Below are positions 16,609 through 26,340 of a stretch of 64,000 bases of DNA, in pieces (position 1 is the first letter of the stretch; each line of letters begins with the position of its first letter). The notes beneath the pieces were generated by a model. The model saw nothing but the letters and a program-made list of their open reading frames with translations, did not search any database and was not told the DNA's origin. The DNA comes from Candidatus Latescibacterota bacterium (GTDB taxonomy: Bacteria > Latescibacterota > UBA2968 > GCA-2709665), in NCBI GenBank assembly GCA_965219995.1, contig CBDCOX010000002.1:1376001-1440000 (forward strand), given 5' to 3'. A program made the translations under genes and the position numbers.

Positions 16609-17010
16609 TCAGACCTTGACGAAGACCATCGTCACCTGCGACCCGCCAAGGCTCGAAGCCAATGTCAGTTCATTCCCGTCGACGGTCGCATTGGTACCGA
16701 TCAGGCCCAGTGTCGCCGACTCCTGGAACAGAATACTTGAATCCTGTATGGTGTAGGTTCCGTCGGAGTACCGGTCTTCAAGCTGAAGCGTCGGAATGCT
16801 CAGACTCATCGAAAAGTCGCCCGTTGTGGACAGAACAAGCGTACCGGTCGCTTCCGGCGGTCGGAGTGTCTGGGTCTGCGCACCGCCTGTCAACTGTATT
16901 TCGCGCAGCGTATACGTCCCCGCGAGCGTATCGTAGTTCAGCGAATTGTCATCCCCGCACGACACCAGAAACAGTGCCACGACAGTCAAAAGCGGAAGAA
17001 TCTTCCTCAT
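16609..17010 (-). CDS. Lipoprotein, lipocalin-like beta barrel
   Basis: Signal peptide with lipobox LVSC; LAGTY and GTYT beta-strand motifs. Confidence 0.7.
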   Translation of the reverse strand: MRKILPLLTVVALFLVSCGDDNSLNYDTLAGTYTLREIQLTGGAQTQTLRPPEATGTLVLSTTGDFSMSLSIPTLQLEDRYSDGTYTIQDSSILFQESATLGLIGTNATVDGNELTLASSLGGSQVTMVFVKV

Positions 17011-17055
17011 CGTGCACCTCCGGACCCGTTGTCACACATGAAATTCGAGACGTCG

Positions 17056-17919
17056 TTAACGAATGATTTCCTCCAGATAGGCCTTGGCCGCAAGCAACCC
17101 CTCCTGATTCAGGGCGGTGCTGCCCATATACCGGTCGTCTTCGAGCTCAATTGCCAGTGGCCCGTCGTAGCCGAATTCCTCGAGCCGCGCGACAATCCAT
17201 ATCCAGTCGGCGTCGCCCCAACCGGGTATGCAGTAGCGCCACCAGCCTTCCCCGTGGCCGTACCGCTTGCCGAAACTCTGTCCCAGGCTGCCGTACAGAT
17301 ACAGGCCGTCAGCCAGCAGTTCCGTATCCTTGGCGTGCACGTGCCGGACGCGATCACCGAATTCCATCAACAAGCGCTGATAGTCCACGCCGATGCGGAT
17401 GAAATGGGAGGGATCGTAGCAGATCCCCAGATGAGGCGAGGGCACGACCTCGAATACCGCCCGAAGCGTCTCGGGGGTACATCCCAGGTTGCCGTACCCC
17501 GGCGCACCACCCGGATAGGGTTCGATGGCGAGGTACACGCCCTGCTGTTCCGCGAATTCGACCACACCGGGATAGACCTCCTTGAAGACGCCGAAACTCT
17601 CGGATCGGGACTGCATCGGGTCGTCCGGCGCCAGACACAGGAAGACCACGCCGGAACCGTGGTCGCCCGTGGCCCGGATGCGATCCTTCATGGCCGAGAC
17701 CGCCGCGCTTCGCACCTGCGCGTCCTTGCTCAACAGGGCCCCTCCCACGCCCCAGTCTACCGTTCCGATCGCCAGACCTGCATCGTCGAAAACTTTTCGA
17801 ATTCTCCCATCGACTTCCGGGACGTCCACAGATCCGAATCCGCACTCGCTCGCCCAGGCCGCCACACCCTCGAGGCCCAATTCCCTTCCCATGGGTGGAA
17901 TCCGCATCCCAACGTGCAT
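17056..17919 (-). CDS. Sugar phosphate isomerase/epimerase (xylose isomerase-like TIM barrel)
   Basis: LAIEP, YDPSH, HVHAKD, LAIELED metal ligands; start at MHVGMR after GGGAGGG. Confidence 0.85.
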   Translation of the reverse strand: MHVGMRIPPMGRELGLEGVAAWASECGFGSVDVPEVDGRIRKVFDDAGLAIGTVDWGVGGALLSKDAQVRSAAVSAMKDRIRATGDHGSGVVFLCLAPDDPMQSRSESFGVFKEVYPGVVEFAEQQGVYLAIEPYPGGAPGYGNLGCTPETLRAVFEVVPSPHLGICYDPSHFIRIGVDYQRLLMEFGDRVRHVHAKDTELLADGLYLYGSLGQSFGKRYGHGEGWWRYCIPGWGDADWIWIVARLEEFGYDGPLAIELEDDRYMGSTALNQEGLLAAKAYLEEIIR

Positions 17920-17990
17920 ATTGCCCTCCCGAAAAAAACGTGAGAAGATCTCCAATGAACCCGGCCCGGACCCCGTCTGGAGGAATCCGT

Positions 17991-18896
17991 TTAAACCTTC
18001 CAGAGTTCCGCGACGTCGGACAGGATGGTATCCAGTTCGGCGTGATCGTGCGCATCCAGCGGGCGGGTCGCCGCCGTCCTTACGTATGCCGAGCGAATCA
18101 CCCCGCGGCGGCGCAGCACTTCCTTGTATGCGTGTACGCTGTGAAGCATTTCGAAATTCAACAACGGCAACAGGCGGTTGAAGACTTCCCTGGCGCCGGA
18201 CACGTCGCCCGCCTGCCAGGTATTCCAGACCGCGGCGTGCACGTCGGGAACGTCGCATGCGGGCATCGTACCCGCGGCGCCCCGCCTCATTTCATCCAGC
18301 ATGAACCGGCCGGCCGCACCGCCGAACACGCCCTCGACCGACTCTCCGCAGGCCACGATATCGGCCGAAACCGAATGTGTGACCGGGGGGACTTCCTCCT
18401 TGATGTAGCGCACGCTTTCGATCTCGCGGGCAAGTCGGCCCAACAGCGCGGGCGACATCGGAACCCCGATCGGCAACGGATAGTTCTGTATGAATACCGG
18501 CAGCCCCGTCGCCCCCGCGATCGCCTCGTAATACGCCTGCACGCCATCGGCCGGGGGCTTGGAAATATACGGCGGCAACGCCATCACCGCGTCCGCCCCC
18601 TCGGCCTCCGCGTGTTTCGCGAACCACACGGCCACCGGGGCGCTCACCCCGGACACGCCGGCGACGAAAGGCAGTCGCCCCCCCACCGCCCGGCCTATGA
18701 CCTCGATCACCCGCAACCGTTCGGGATCCGAAAGCGCGCTGAATTCGCTCGCGTTCGCCGGCGAGACCAATCCGTGCGCCCCCGCCGCGATCGAAAATTC
18801 CACGACGCTGCTCAATCCCTCTTCGTCGAGCGAACCATCGTCTGAAAACGGCGTTGCCAGGATGACAAACACCCCCCGAAACGGCCGCCCCGCCAT
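17991..18896 (-). CDS. Dihydrodipicolinate synthase/N-acetylneuraminate lyase family protein
   Basis: TPF, ANASEF, MALPPY, IQNYP, YIKEE (Schiff-base Lys). Confidence 0.85.
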   Translation of the reverse strand: MAGRPFRGVFVILATPFSDDGSLDEEGLSSVVEFSIAAGAHGLVSPANASEFSALSDPERLRVIEVIGRAVGGRLPFVAGVSGVSAPVAVWFAKHAEAEGADAVMALPPYISKPPADGVQAYYEAIAGATGLPVFIQNYPLPIGVPMSPALLGRLAREIESVRYIKEEVPPVTHSVSADIVACGESVEGVFGGAAGRFMLDEMRRGAAGTMPACDVPDVHAAVWNTWQAGDVSGAREVFNRLLPLLNFEMLHSVHAYKEVLRRRGVIRSAYVRTAATRPLDAHDHAELDTILSDVAELWKV

Positions 18897-18934
18897 TCAT
18901 CGCCCTTTCAATCGGGATTCTGCGACTGACCCTT

Positions 18935-19096
18935 GTGTCCTGTCCCAAAAATACCTCACCATTCTTCCGCCGATTCATCCCGTCTCGCAGCGTTGCCATC
19001 GCTCGCCGACCTGGCCAGGTCGCCTGCGCTCTGGCGCCTTGCGAGCCGGGCGACTCGACGGCCGAATTCAGGCAACTTATTTCCGGGACAGAACAC
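18935..19096. mobile_element. 162-bp MITE-like element with terminal inverted repeats
   Basis: Left GTGTCCTGTCCCAAAAATA, right TATTTCCGGGACAGAACAC; internal inverted arms; partial copies at 27992-28039 and 15244-15265. Confidence 0.7.
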
Positions 19097-19109
19097 TAAA
19101 CCCCATTCA

Positions 19110-19191
19110 ATGGTAAGGCGGAGAGGCCAGATGTCAAGCGGAAAATCCCCGTGATATTTCCATTGACTTGCCCCGGACCCCAACCTACAAT
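19110..19191. promoter_or_regulatory. Divergent sigma70-type promoters
   Basis: Minus strand TTGACA-16-TACCAT (19110-19137); plus strand TTGACT-17-TACAAT (19163-19191). Confidence 0.6.
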
Positions 19192-19230
19192 ACCCATTCC
19201 ACGGACCCGAACACCACGTGCCGCGAACCG

Positions 19231-19968
19231 ATGCAGATCGACCCGAAAAGACTTCGTGAGCTCCACGCCTTCATGGACAGGCTCAAACCAGTCGGTCCAC
19301 CGAGGGCGGCGTTTCTCCGCAGGGGGGCGAGCCGTCTCACCCGTCCCGGCGGCAACCTGGTTGTGATGGATGCCTCGTTCAATCCCATGACCGTTGCCCA
19401 CGAAGCCATGCTGAATCGCGCTTCCGACGCCTGCCGTGCCGGCGAAGCCCTCCTGCTGCTGTCTCACGCAAACGTGGACAAGAGCGTCTACGGGGCGACG
19501 CTGGCGCAGCGCCTGGCCATGCTCGACCATTACGCGGAATCATCTCGAAACCTCTCCGTCGCCGGTTGCAGCCATGCCAGATTCGTCGATAAGGCACACG
19601 CCCTCGGTCCACTCTACCCGAAATCGACCGTTCTGTATTTCGTGGTCGGATACGACACCCTGCTGAGGCTGTTCGACCCCCGGTATTACAGCAATTTCAG
19701 GGATGAACTGTCCGCATTCTTCGCCGGCGCACGCGTCGTCGCGGCCAACCGCGCCAATACCGACCCGGACGCCCTGAGGAGGCTGAGAACGAGTCCGGAA
19801 TTCGGCGCATTTTCCGACAGAATCCATTTCATCGGCCTGGACGACAATCATTCGCGCATGTCCTCCACGGAAGTCAGGGCGCTCAAGAAAGCAGACGCGC
19901 GGATCGGTCACCTTGTTCCGTCCCGCATCGCGGAAGCCATCGACGCGCTGGACCTGTATGGCGACTGA
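19231..19968 (+). CDS. Nicotinamide/nicotinate mononucleotide adenylyltransferase-like (Pof1-type)
   Basis: DASFNPMTVAH, NVDK, FVDK, VGYDTLLRLFDPRYY, MSSTEVR; start placed downstream of the promoter. Confidence 0.75.
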   Translation: MQIDPKRLRELHAFMDRLKPVGPPRAAFLRRGASRLTRPGGNLVVMDASFNPMTVAHEAMLNRASDACRAGEALLLLSHANVDKSVYGATLAQRLAMLDHYAESSRNLSVAGCSHARFVDKAHALGPLYPKSTVLYFVVGYDTLLRLFDPRYYSNFRDELSAFFAGARVVAANRANTDPDALRRLRTSPEFGAFSDRIHFIGLDDNHSRMSSTEVRALKKADARIGHLVPSRIAEAIDALDLYGD

Positions 19969-20065
19969 AGGCGCGCCCCGGCGTCAGCGAAAGGCTGCAA
20001 TGCCTTTTCCGCGCCGACAATCTCGAACCTGAAAATCCACACAAGGACTCATTGGAGGCCCGTAC

Positions 20066-21697
20066 ATGAACGGTGCGGATCTGCTGGCTGCGGAACTAAT
20101 GAAGAAGGGCGTCGCCTTTGTCGCGACGCTGTGCGGACATGGGCTGGACGACCTCGACGATGCCTGCGACCGGGCGGGAATGCGGCTTGTGGACGTGCGC
20201 AATGAACAGGCCGCGGGGTATATCGCCGAGGCCGTCGGACGCCTCAGCCGCAACGTGGGCGTCTGCGCGGTCAGCAGCGGCGTGGCGCACGTGAACGCGC
20301 TCACCGGCGTCTGCAACGCCCACTTCGACGGCGCGCCGATGCTGCTCATCACCGGAAGCGGATCCGCGGGCACCGCCGGTCTCGGACACTTTCAGGACCT
20401 CGACCAGGTTGCCATCGCGGCGCCCCTGTGCAAGTACGCGGAGACCGTCCGCCATCCGGAGCGGATCCCGCAGATGCTGCACGAGGCCTTCGAAGCCGCC
20501 GTTTCCGGAAGGCCCGGACCCGTGCACCTGACCGTTCCGCAGAACGTGCTGGCCGCCGACGTTCGCGCCGACGCGGTCCATCGGGTTCACGACTCCCGCC
20601 ATCCCGCCCCCACCCTCGCGCCGGGGCGCCCGGAGGATATCGACCGGATCGCCGACCTGCTTGAACGCTCCGACCGCCCCCTTCTGATCGCCGGAGGTGG
20701 CGTACACTATGCGGACGGCGGCGCTGCGCTGGTTGAATTCACAACCACCCTTGCCGTTCCGGTGATGGTACCGATCTGGGACCGCGGCGCGATACCGCGG
20801 CCCATCGATCCGTATATGGGCGTCGTGGGCGCGGCGAGCGGCGGCCCCCGCCTTCTGCCCGACGCCGACCTGGTGCTGATGGCCGGGGCGACCTGCGATT
20901 ACCGTGTGGGCTACCTTCAGCCGCCCGCCGTGCATCCCGAGGCAACCATTGTGCGCATCCACGCGGATGCCTTCTGCCTCAATCAGGGCGCAGGCGCCCA
21001 CTTGCGCGTGGCGGCCGATCCGGGTTCCGCGCTCAATCAGTTGACCGAAGCCGCGCGAGCAAGAGAATTCGCGCCCAGGACCGCCTGGCTCAAGGAAGCC
21101 GCCAGGCGCCGGAACGCGTATCGCCGGAGGTGCATGGAGGCCCGCAAAGCAAACGGCCTGCACGCGCTCGACATTATCCAGGCGGTACAGACCGTCCTGA
21201 CTGACGACACCGTCGTCGTCATCGACGGCGGCAACATCGGGCAGTGGGCGCACCAGATCCTCTGCGACCGGTATCCCGGCCACTGGCTCACCTGCGGCGC
21301 CAGCGGCGTTGTGGGCTACGGGATTCCGGCAGCGATGGGCGCCCGCCTGCTCTATCCCGACCGGCCGATTATTCTCATTTCAGGGGATGGGGCGCTCACG
21401 TTCACCGTCGCCGAACTCGAGGCCGCCGCCCGCCAGAATCTGCCCTTTGTGGTCCTGCTCGCGGACGATGAAGCCTGGGGCATCACCCTCACCGGGCACG
21501 AGGCGCGTTACGGCCGCGGGATCACCTCCGAACTGGGTCCCATCCAATACGCGGGCATGGCGGAAGCTTTCGGCGCACAAGGGTTTCGAATAGAACACGC
21601 CGATCAGATCCTTCCCGCGCTTCGGGACGGCCTCGATGCGGAGACGCCGACACTCATCCATGTGCCGGTTGCCCGGAGCAGTCCCGCCGACAAATAG
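20066..21697 (+). CDS. Thiamine pyrophosphate-dependent enzyme (IlvB/2-hydroxyacyl-CoA lyase-like)
   Basis: DVRNEQAAGY, RPGPVHL, GDGA...DDEAWG TPP-binding motif. Confidence 0.88.
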   Translation: MNGADLLAAELMKKGVAFVATLCGHGLDDLDDACDRAGMRLVDVRNEQAAGYIAEAVGRLSRNVGVCAVSSGVAHVNALTGVCNAHFDGAPMLLITGSGSAGTAGLGHFQDLDQVAIAAPLCKYAETVRHPERIPQMLHEAFEAAVSGRPGPVHLTVPQNVLAADVRADAVHRVHDSRHPAPTLAPGRPEDIDRIADLLERSDRPLLIAGGGVHYADGGAALVEFTTTLAVPVMVPIWDRGAIPRPIDPYMGVVGAASGGPRLLPDADLVLMAGATCDYRVGYLQPPAVHPEATIVRIHADAFCLNQGAGAHLRVAADPGSALNQLTEAARAREFAPRTAWLKEAARRRNAYRRRCMEARKANGLHALDIIQAVQTVLTDDTVVVIDGGNIGQWAHQILCDRYPGHWLTCGASGVVGYGIPAAMGARLLYPDRPIILISGDGALTFTVAELEAAARQNLPFVVLLADDEAWGITLTGHEARYGRGITSELGPIQYAGMAEAFGAQGFRIEHADQILPALRDGLDAETPTLIHVPVARSSPADK

Positions 21698-21721
21698 GCG
21701 TGGCAATTAAGATCGTCTGAC

Positions 21722-23830
21722 TCACATGACGCCGTACCAGCCATACTGATCTTCCGGAACCAGCACGAAATTGGACCGCGCCGCGGGATACCATGTGTCC
21801 GGGTTCTTCTCCCGGTGATCGTCCACGGCGCGGACCTCCACGTAATACATCCGATTGGCCTCCGGCACCTTCCAGACGACCGACGTGTCACCGGTCGTAT
21901 CGGACATCACCTCCTCCCGACACGCCCGATCCGAGAACACGCGGACGTCGTATTCGATCCTGCCGCCGCCCATCTTTATGGCACGCGCCCAGTTCAACCG
22001 GACCTCGTCCCGGCCGGCGCGCTGCGCGGGCAGCGGCAGAGGGAACGTTGGCGGATGCGCCTTTTCGGCACCCAGATAGTACGAGTAATACGGTTCCGAC
22101 CCCCAGATGCCGAAAACGTACCCCAGAATCCAGAACCGGTCCTCGCTTTCGAGCAGTTCTGGATCATACGCGAAACATTCCTGCGCGAAGCCGTCGGCGA
22201 AATAGATGTCCGACTTCAGCTCGGCCACGGACAACACACGGCCGGCTTTGTGCGGCTGGTTGGCGCCGAAAAACAACGCGTCCACGATGTGGTCGCTGCC
22301 GTCGTACGTGGCCTCCGCGACCACGTGGTGGGACAGACCCACTGATCGCACCGGAATGCCGAGGGCTTCCAGAATAGCCACCGTGACCGTGACGCCCTGG
22401 CCGCACCTCGCGTCGTGCCCCTCCAGAATGGCCACCGGATCCTTCGTGTCGGGTATCTGAATCGGATTGTAGTACAGCGTCCGGTTCACGTATCCTGCAA
22501 CCTGCCTGACGGCCTCCGCATCCGTAGAAGCACCGCCGGTGATGGTCTCGGCAAGATGCCCGAGGTACTCCGCCCGGTCGGTCCCGGCGGCGCGGCGGAT
22601 CAACTCGGCTTCCTTCCCGGGCGGGTAATCCGTTGCCGGACCCTCCATATTCACAGTGGGCGGCGTCCACGGCAGTTGCGGCAGGTACAACGACCTCTTT
22701 GCGCCGTAGGTCCGCCGGTACCGGCCCAGATGCGCCTGCCTGTCGAAAGCCGTGTCCGGAACGCCGAACCCCGGCTCCTGTCCGGCCGGCTCGCTCTGCA
22801 TCACAAGCCAGGACCCGAAGACCTCGCCCGGTGTGCCGGGTTGCGTGTACGGGACCGTCGTGCCCGTAATGGCGAACCGCTCGCCATCCGTCCAGTGATA
22901 GCAAAGCAGCGCGAAGCCGTCCGGCTGTTCCGGAGCCGCCAGGTAGTCGAAGGTCCCGGCGTCCGGGTCATATACGAGAAAGCGGTCCAGAAACCTGGGT
23001 GGCCCGCCGTCGATTGTCAGCGGTCCGTCGGGGACTACAATCCGGCCGGTTTCGGGATCCAGCCGGCTCGGATGCATATAGGTGCTCAGGCAGATGTACG
23101 CACGGCCCCCGTAACCGAAGCCCCCGCCCATGAAGCCGTAGATTTTCCCGTGGTCCGGCGTCGAAATCCCTTCTCCCCAACGACCCCGGCCCGGCTCCAG
23201 CGGAAAGATCCGTCCCTTCGAGACATCCCATACATAGAGCACGCCGCGGTGCAGGAGGTGCCCCGACAAAGCGGCCTCCGGGCAGGGCCCCGGGCGCTCG
23301 TCTATGAATCGTTCCGAGCCGGGATCGAACCTGATGATTCGCGACGGGTCGCACAGCGGGGAATGGACCATCCCCTCAACGCACCATCCGCCCGCCAACT
23401 GCCCGGAAAACGGGCAGTCCACAACCCGCGGTTCAGCCAGCGGGCCGTCCAGAACCAGAATCCTGGACTCCGACCGCTCGAACAGCAGCACTTTACCGCC
23501 AGGTGTCTTCAGTCCATACCAGACAATGGGCCTCGCGCCCGGGATTTCCCGTTTTTCACAGGTCCGCCGTTCGGGGTCGAAAACCAGGTAGTACGGAACG
23601 TCCCCAAGGGTGAGCACCAGCTTCTCCTCCCAGGCAATGACCTGGACAATCGACCGACCGGCCATCTCGGGCACGGGAATCTGAACCGTCTCCGCCGTAC
23701 GCAAGTGATGACCCGTCAATCGGTTGCGACCACATCCCTCCCAAAGCCAGTCCGCGGTGTCGACGTCCACGCCGAACGGCCTTCCGGTCCGGATTTCGTC
23801 GTGTCTGTACAACCACACCTGATCTCTCAT
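21722..23830 (-). CDS. Hypothetical protein: beta-rich N-terminus, transglutaminase-like core and Fn3-like C-terminus
   Basis: ARCGQG..LEALGIPVRSV..HHVVAEA..IVDA Cys-His-Asp pattern; LNWARA..YDVRV..YYVEVRAVD Fn3 pattern. Confidence 0.65.
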   Translation of the reverse strand: MRDQVWLYRHDEIRTGRPFGVDVDTADWLWEGCGRNRLTGHHLRTAETVQIPVPEMAGRSIVQVIAWEEKLVLTLGDVPYYLVFDPERRTCEKREIPGARPIVWYGLKTPGGKVLLFERSESRILVLDGPLAEPRVVDCPFSGQLAGGWCVEGMVHSPLCDPSRIIRFDPGSERFIDERPGPCPEAALSGHLLHRGVLYVWDVSKGRIFPLEPGRGRWGEGISTPDHGKIYGFMGGGFGYGGRAYICLSTYMHPSRLDPETGRIVVPDGPLTIDGGPPRFLDRFLVYDPDAGTFDYLAAPEQPDGFALLCYHWTDGERFAITGTTVPYTQPGTPGEVFGSWLVMQSEPAGQEPGFGVPDTAFDRQAHLGRYRRTYGAKRSLYLPQLPWTPPTVNMEGPATDYPPGKEAELIRRAAGTDRAEYLGHLAETITGGASTDAEAVRQVAGYVNRTLYYNPIQIPDTKDPVAILEGHDARCGQGVTVTVAILEALGIPVRSVGLSHHVVAEATYDGSDHIVDALFFGANQPHKAGRVLSVAELKSDIYFADGFAQECFAYDPELLESEDRFWILGYVFGIWGSEPYYSYYLGAEKAHPPTFPLPLPAQRAGRDEVRLNWARAIKMGGGRIEYDVRVFSDRACREEVMSDTTGDTSVVWKVPEANRMYYVEVRAVDDHREKNPDTWYPAARSNFVLVPEDQYGWYGVM

Positions 23831-24017
23831 CGATCGACCCCTCGTTCGCCGCAGTCCCGGCCGTAATCCACGATCGGGAACGGCACGCACGGCGGCCGGC
23901 AGGACACCCCGGCCGTTAAAACCGTTGACAAACCAAAAATACTCACTAACTTATGCCGATCTTCAAATCCCGTCACCATCCGCTGAACGCTGACATCTCA
24001 CATCAGCGAGGCTCACT

Positions 24018-24710
24018 ATGGGTGTGATTACCGTATCAAGAGAATACGGCAGCGACGGACGATCGGTCGCGCAGAAAGCCGCCGACCTGCTGGGCTATCT
24101 TTGCATGAACAAAGACCTGCTCGTGGAAGTGGCAAACGAAGCCCAGGTACCGGTCTCGGAGGCCGAACGTTTCGACGAGCGGCCGGAACATCCCGCGATG
24201 CGCGTGATCCGAAAATTCCTCACACCCGGGCACCCGGAAGCCATCACCGGCCTCTCGGAATACGAATGGTGGGCAACCGCCACCGTCCCCGAACTGACCG
24301 GGCGAAGCAATTCCGGTCTGCCTCTGCCGGATGAAGAGGCCTTTGTGAACATCACGCGCGAAGTCGTCACGCGCCTGGCCGAGCGGGACAACGTGGTCCT
24401 GGTGGGTCGGGGCGGGCAGGCTCTGCTGAGAGATCGACCCGCCACGCTGCATCTGCGGGTGGTCGCCGCGATCGACTATCGGATTCAGGTGGTTATGAAA
24501 CGGGAAGAACTGGATGCCGACGCCGCGGCCAAACGCATTCGAAAAATGGACGAAAACCGGAAACGCTATATCAAGAGGCACTACGGTATTGCCTGGAACA
24601 CCGCGGAAAATTACCACCTGACGCTCAATACCAGCCAGACCGGTATCGAAGGGGCCGCCAGCATCGTCGCCGAAGCCATGAGATATATGGTGAAGTCGCG
24701 GCAAAACTGA
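24018..24710 (+). CDS. Cytidylate kinase-like family protein
   Basis: ITVSREYGSDG, VVLVGRGG, YHLTLNT; upstream TTGACA-16-TAACTT. Confidence 0.85.
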   Translation: MGVITVSREYGSDGRSVAQKAADLLGYLCMNKDLLVEVANEAQVPVSEAERFDERPEHPAMRVIRKFLTPGHPEAITGLSEYEWWATATVPELTGRSNSGLPLPDEEAFVNITREVVTRLAERDNVVLVGRGGQALLRDRPATLHLRVVAAIDYRIQVVMKREELDADAAAKRIRKMDENRKRYIKRHYGIAWNTAENYHLTLNTSQTGIEGAASIVAEAMRYMVKSRQN

Positions 24711-24747
24711 CGGCCGAGGTCCGGAAGTTCGAAGAACGCACAAAGAT

Positions 24748-24777
24748 GCCCCGGGGGTCCCTCCGGGGCGTTTTTTT
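24748..24777 (+). terminator. Rho-independent terminator
   Basis: GCCCCGG...CCGGGGC stem followed by T7. Confidence 0.8.
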
Positions 24778-24798
24778 GCGAACCGATCCTGCGCGGGC

Positions 24799-25239
24799 TC
24801 ATGCTTCTTCCGCGAGCAACTCCACCAGCAGCTCCAGCGCCGCGATATAGCCCCGCCATTTGAATCCCGCAACCTGCCCCGCTACAATCGCTGAAAAGCA
24901 GGACCGGCTCCGGAACGCTTCCCTCGCATGAATATTGGACAGATGCACTTCCACCGCGGGCAGCCGGCTGTCTTCGATCGCATCGCGCAGCGAGTATCCG
25001 AAACCGGTCAGCCCACCGGGATTGAGAATGATCCCCCGGACACGGTCCCGCTCCGCCTGGACCTTATCGACGAGAACGCCTTCGTGGTTGGACTGCAGAA
25101 ACTCCAACTCGCAGTCCAGCGCACACGCACGTTCCTCGAGCCGGCGGTGAATCTCGTCCAGCGTAACATCCCCGTAGTGTGCCGCCTTCCGCCTTCCGAG
25201 CATATTCAGATTGGGGCCCTGGAGTACCAGAATTCTCAT
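24799..25239 (-). CDS. aroQ: Type II 3-dehydroquinate dehydratase
   Basis: GPNLNMLG, QSNHEG, NPGG, EVHLSNIHAREAFR. Confidence 0.95.
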   Translation of the reverse strand: MRILVLQGPNLNMLGRRKAAHYGDVTLDEIHRRLEERACALDCELEFLQSNHEGVLVDKVQAERDRVRGIILNPGGLTGFGYSLRDAIEDSRLPAVEVHLSNIHAREAFRSRSCFSAIVAGQVAGFKWRGYIAALELLVELLAEEA

Positions 25240-25266
25240 GTAGACGTCTCCGTTGGAAGTTGCAGG

Positions 25267-26340
25267 CTAGAGATACCTGGCGCGGCCGTCTCGCAGGGCC
25301 GCGACAACGTCTCTGACACGCTGGGCACGGTCGCGCCGGCAGATCAATAACGCATCCGGCGTATCGACGACGACCAGACCCTCCACATCCACGAGGGCGA
25401 TCAGCTTGCCATCGACGCCATACGCGGTGACGTCCCGCGAGTCCAGATTCAGCACGTCGCCGGAGATCAGATTGCCCTCGGCGTCGACGGGAAGGATGTC
25501 CGACAACGCGCCCCAGCTGCCGATGTCGCTCCAGTCGATATCGGCTTCGAGGGTGGCCACACTGGGGGCTCTTTCGATGATGGCATTGTCAATGGCCACT
25601 TCCTTCATACGGGGATATTCCCGTTCGATCGCGGTTCTTTCCGCTCCCGTGCCCACCGCTGCCCGAATACGCATCAGAATCCGGTAAAGGTCGGGTTCGA
25701 ACTGTTCGAACAGCGCCAGAACCGTCCGCGCCTTCCAGACGAACATATTGCTGTTCCAGAGATAATCTCCACTTTCCACGTACCCCCTTGCGGTCGGTTC
25801 GTCGGGTTTCTCCCTGAACCGGGCCACGCCGTACACCGGCACTCCATTGACCCGCCTTGCGACGCCGCCCTTCTGGATGTAGCCGTATCCCGTTTCCACG
25901 CGGGTGGGTTTCACCCCCAGCGTAAACAGGGTATCGGGGTCCTCCTCCGCGGCTTCTCCGGCCGCACGGAGCAGACGGCAGAATTCCTCCGGCTTTCCGA
26001 TGTGATGGTCTGAGCCAAGGCTGGCCACCGTGCAGCCCGGGTACCGGCTCTCGAGCAGCACGCATTCGAGCCCCACGGCCGGCCCCGTATTGCGTAACGC
26101 GGGTTCGACGATCAGTCCGGTCGAGGGGAGTTCGGGGAGTTGCTCCCGAACCAGCGCAACCAGATCGTTGCCCGTTGAAACGAGGAGATCGCGGACGCCG
26201 ACCAGTGGCCGGATCCGGTGTACGGCCTCCTGCAGCATGGTCCGTTCGCCGACCATGCTATGGAACTGCTTGGGGCGCGTCGTCCGACTGAAGGGCCACA
26301 GACGTGTGCCGAAACCGCCGGCCCGAATCACGAATTTCAT
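25267..26340 (-). CDS. manC: Mannose-1-phosphate guanylyltransferase
   Basis: AGGFGTRLWPFSR..PKQF, EPALRNTGPA, SDH, FREKPD, WNS, WSDIGSW. Confidence 0.9.
   Translation of the reverse strand: MKFVIRAGGFGTRLWPFSRTTRPKQFHSMVGERTMLQEAVHRIRPLVGVRDLLVSTGNDLVALVREQLPELPSTGLIVEPALRNTGPAVGLECVLLESRYPGCTVASLGSDHHIGKPEEFCRLLRAAGEAAEEDPDTLFTLGVKPTRVETGYGYIQKGGVARRVNGVPVYGVARFREKPDEPTARGYVESGDYLWNSNMFVWKARTVLALFEQFEPDLYRILMRIRAAVGTGAERTAIEREYPRMKEVAIDNAIIERAPSVATLEADIDWSDIGSWGALSDILPVDAEGNLISGDVLNLDSRDVTAYGVDGKLIALVDVEGLVVVDTPDALLICRRDRAQRVRDVVAALRDGRARYL

Noticed and set aside
15248-16756. Long antisense or alternative-frame ORFs (e.g. 15248-16756, 36685-38313, 46250-47914, 55308-57470, 58599-59954)
   Set aside because: Shadow ORFs of high-GC genes, Arg/Pro-rich or antisense, with no recognisable motifs
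17920-18258. N-terminal extension of the epimerase ORF (400 aa)
   Set aside because: Overlaps the DHDPS-like gene; RBS and homology begin at 17919
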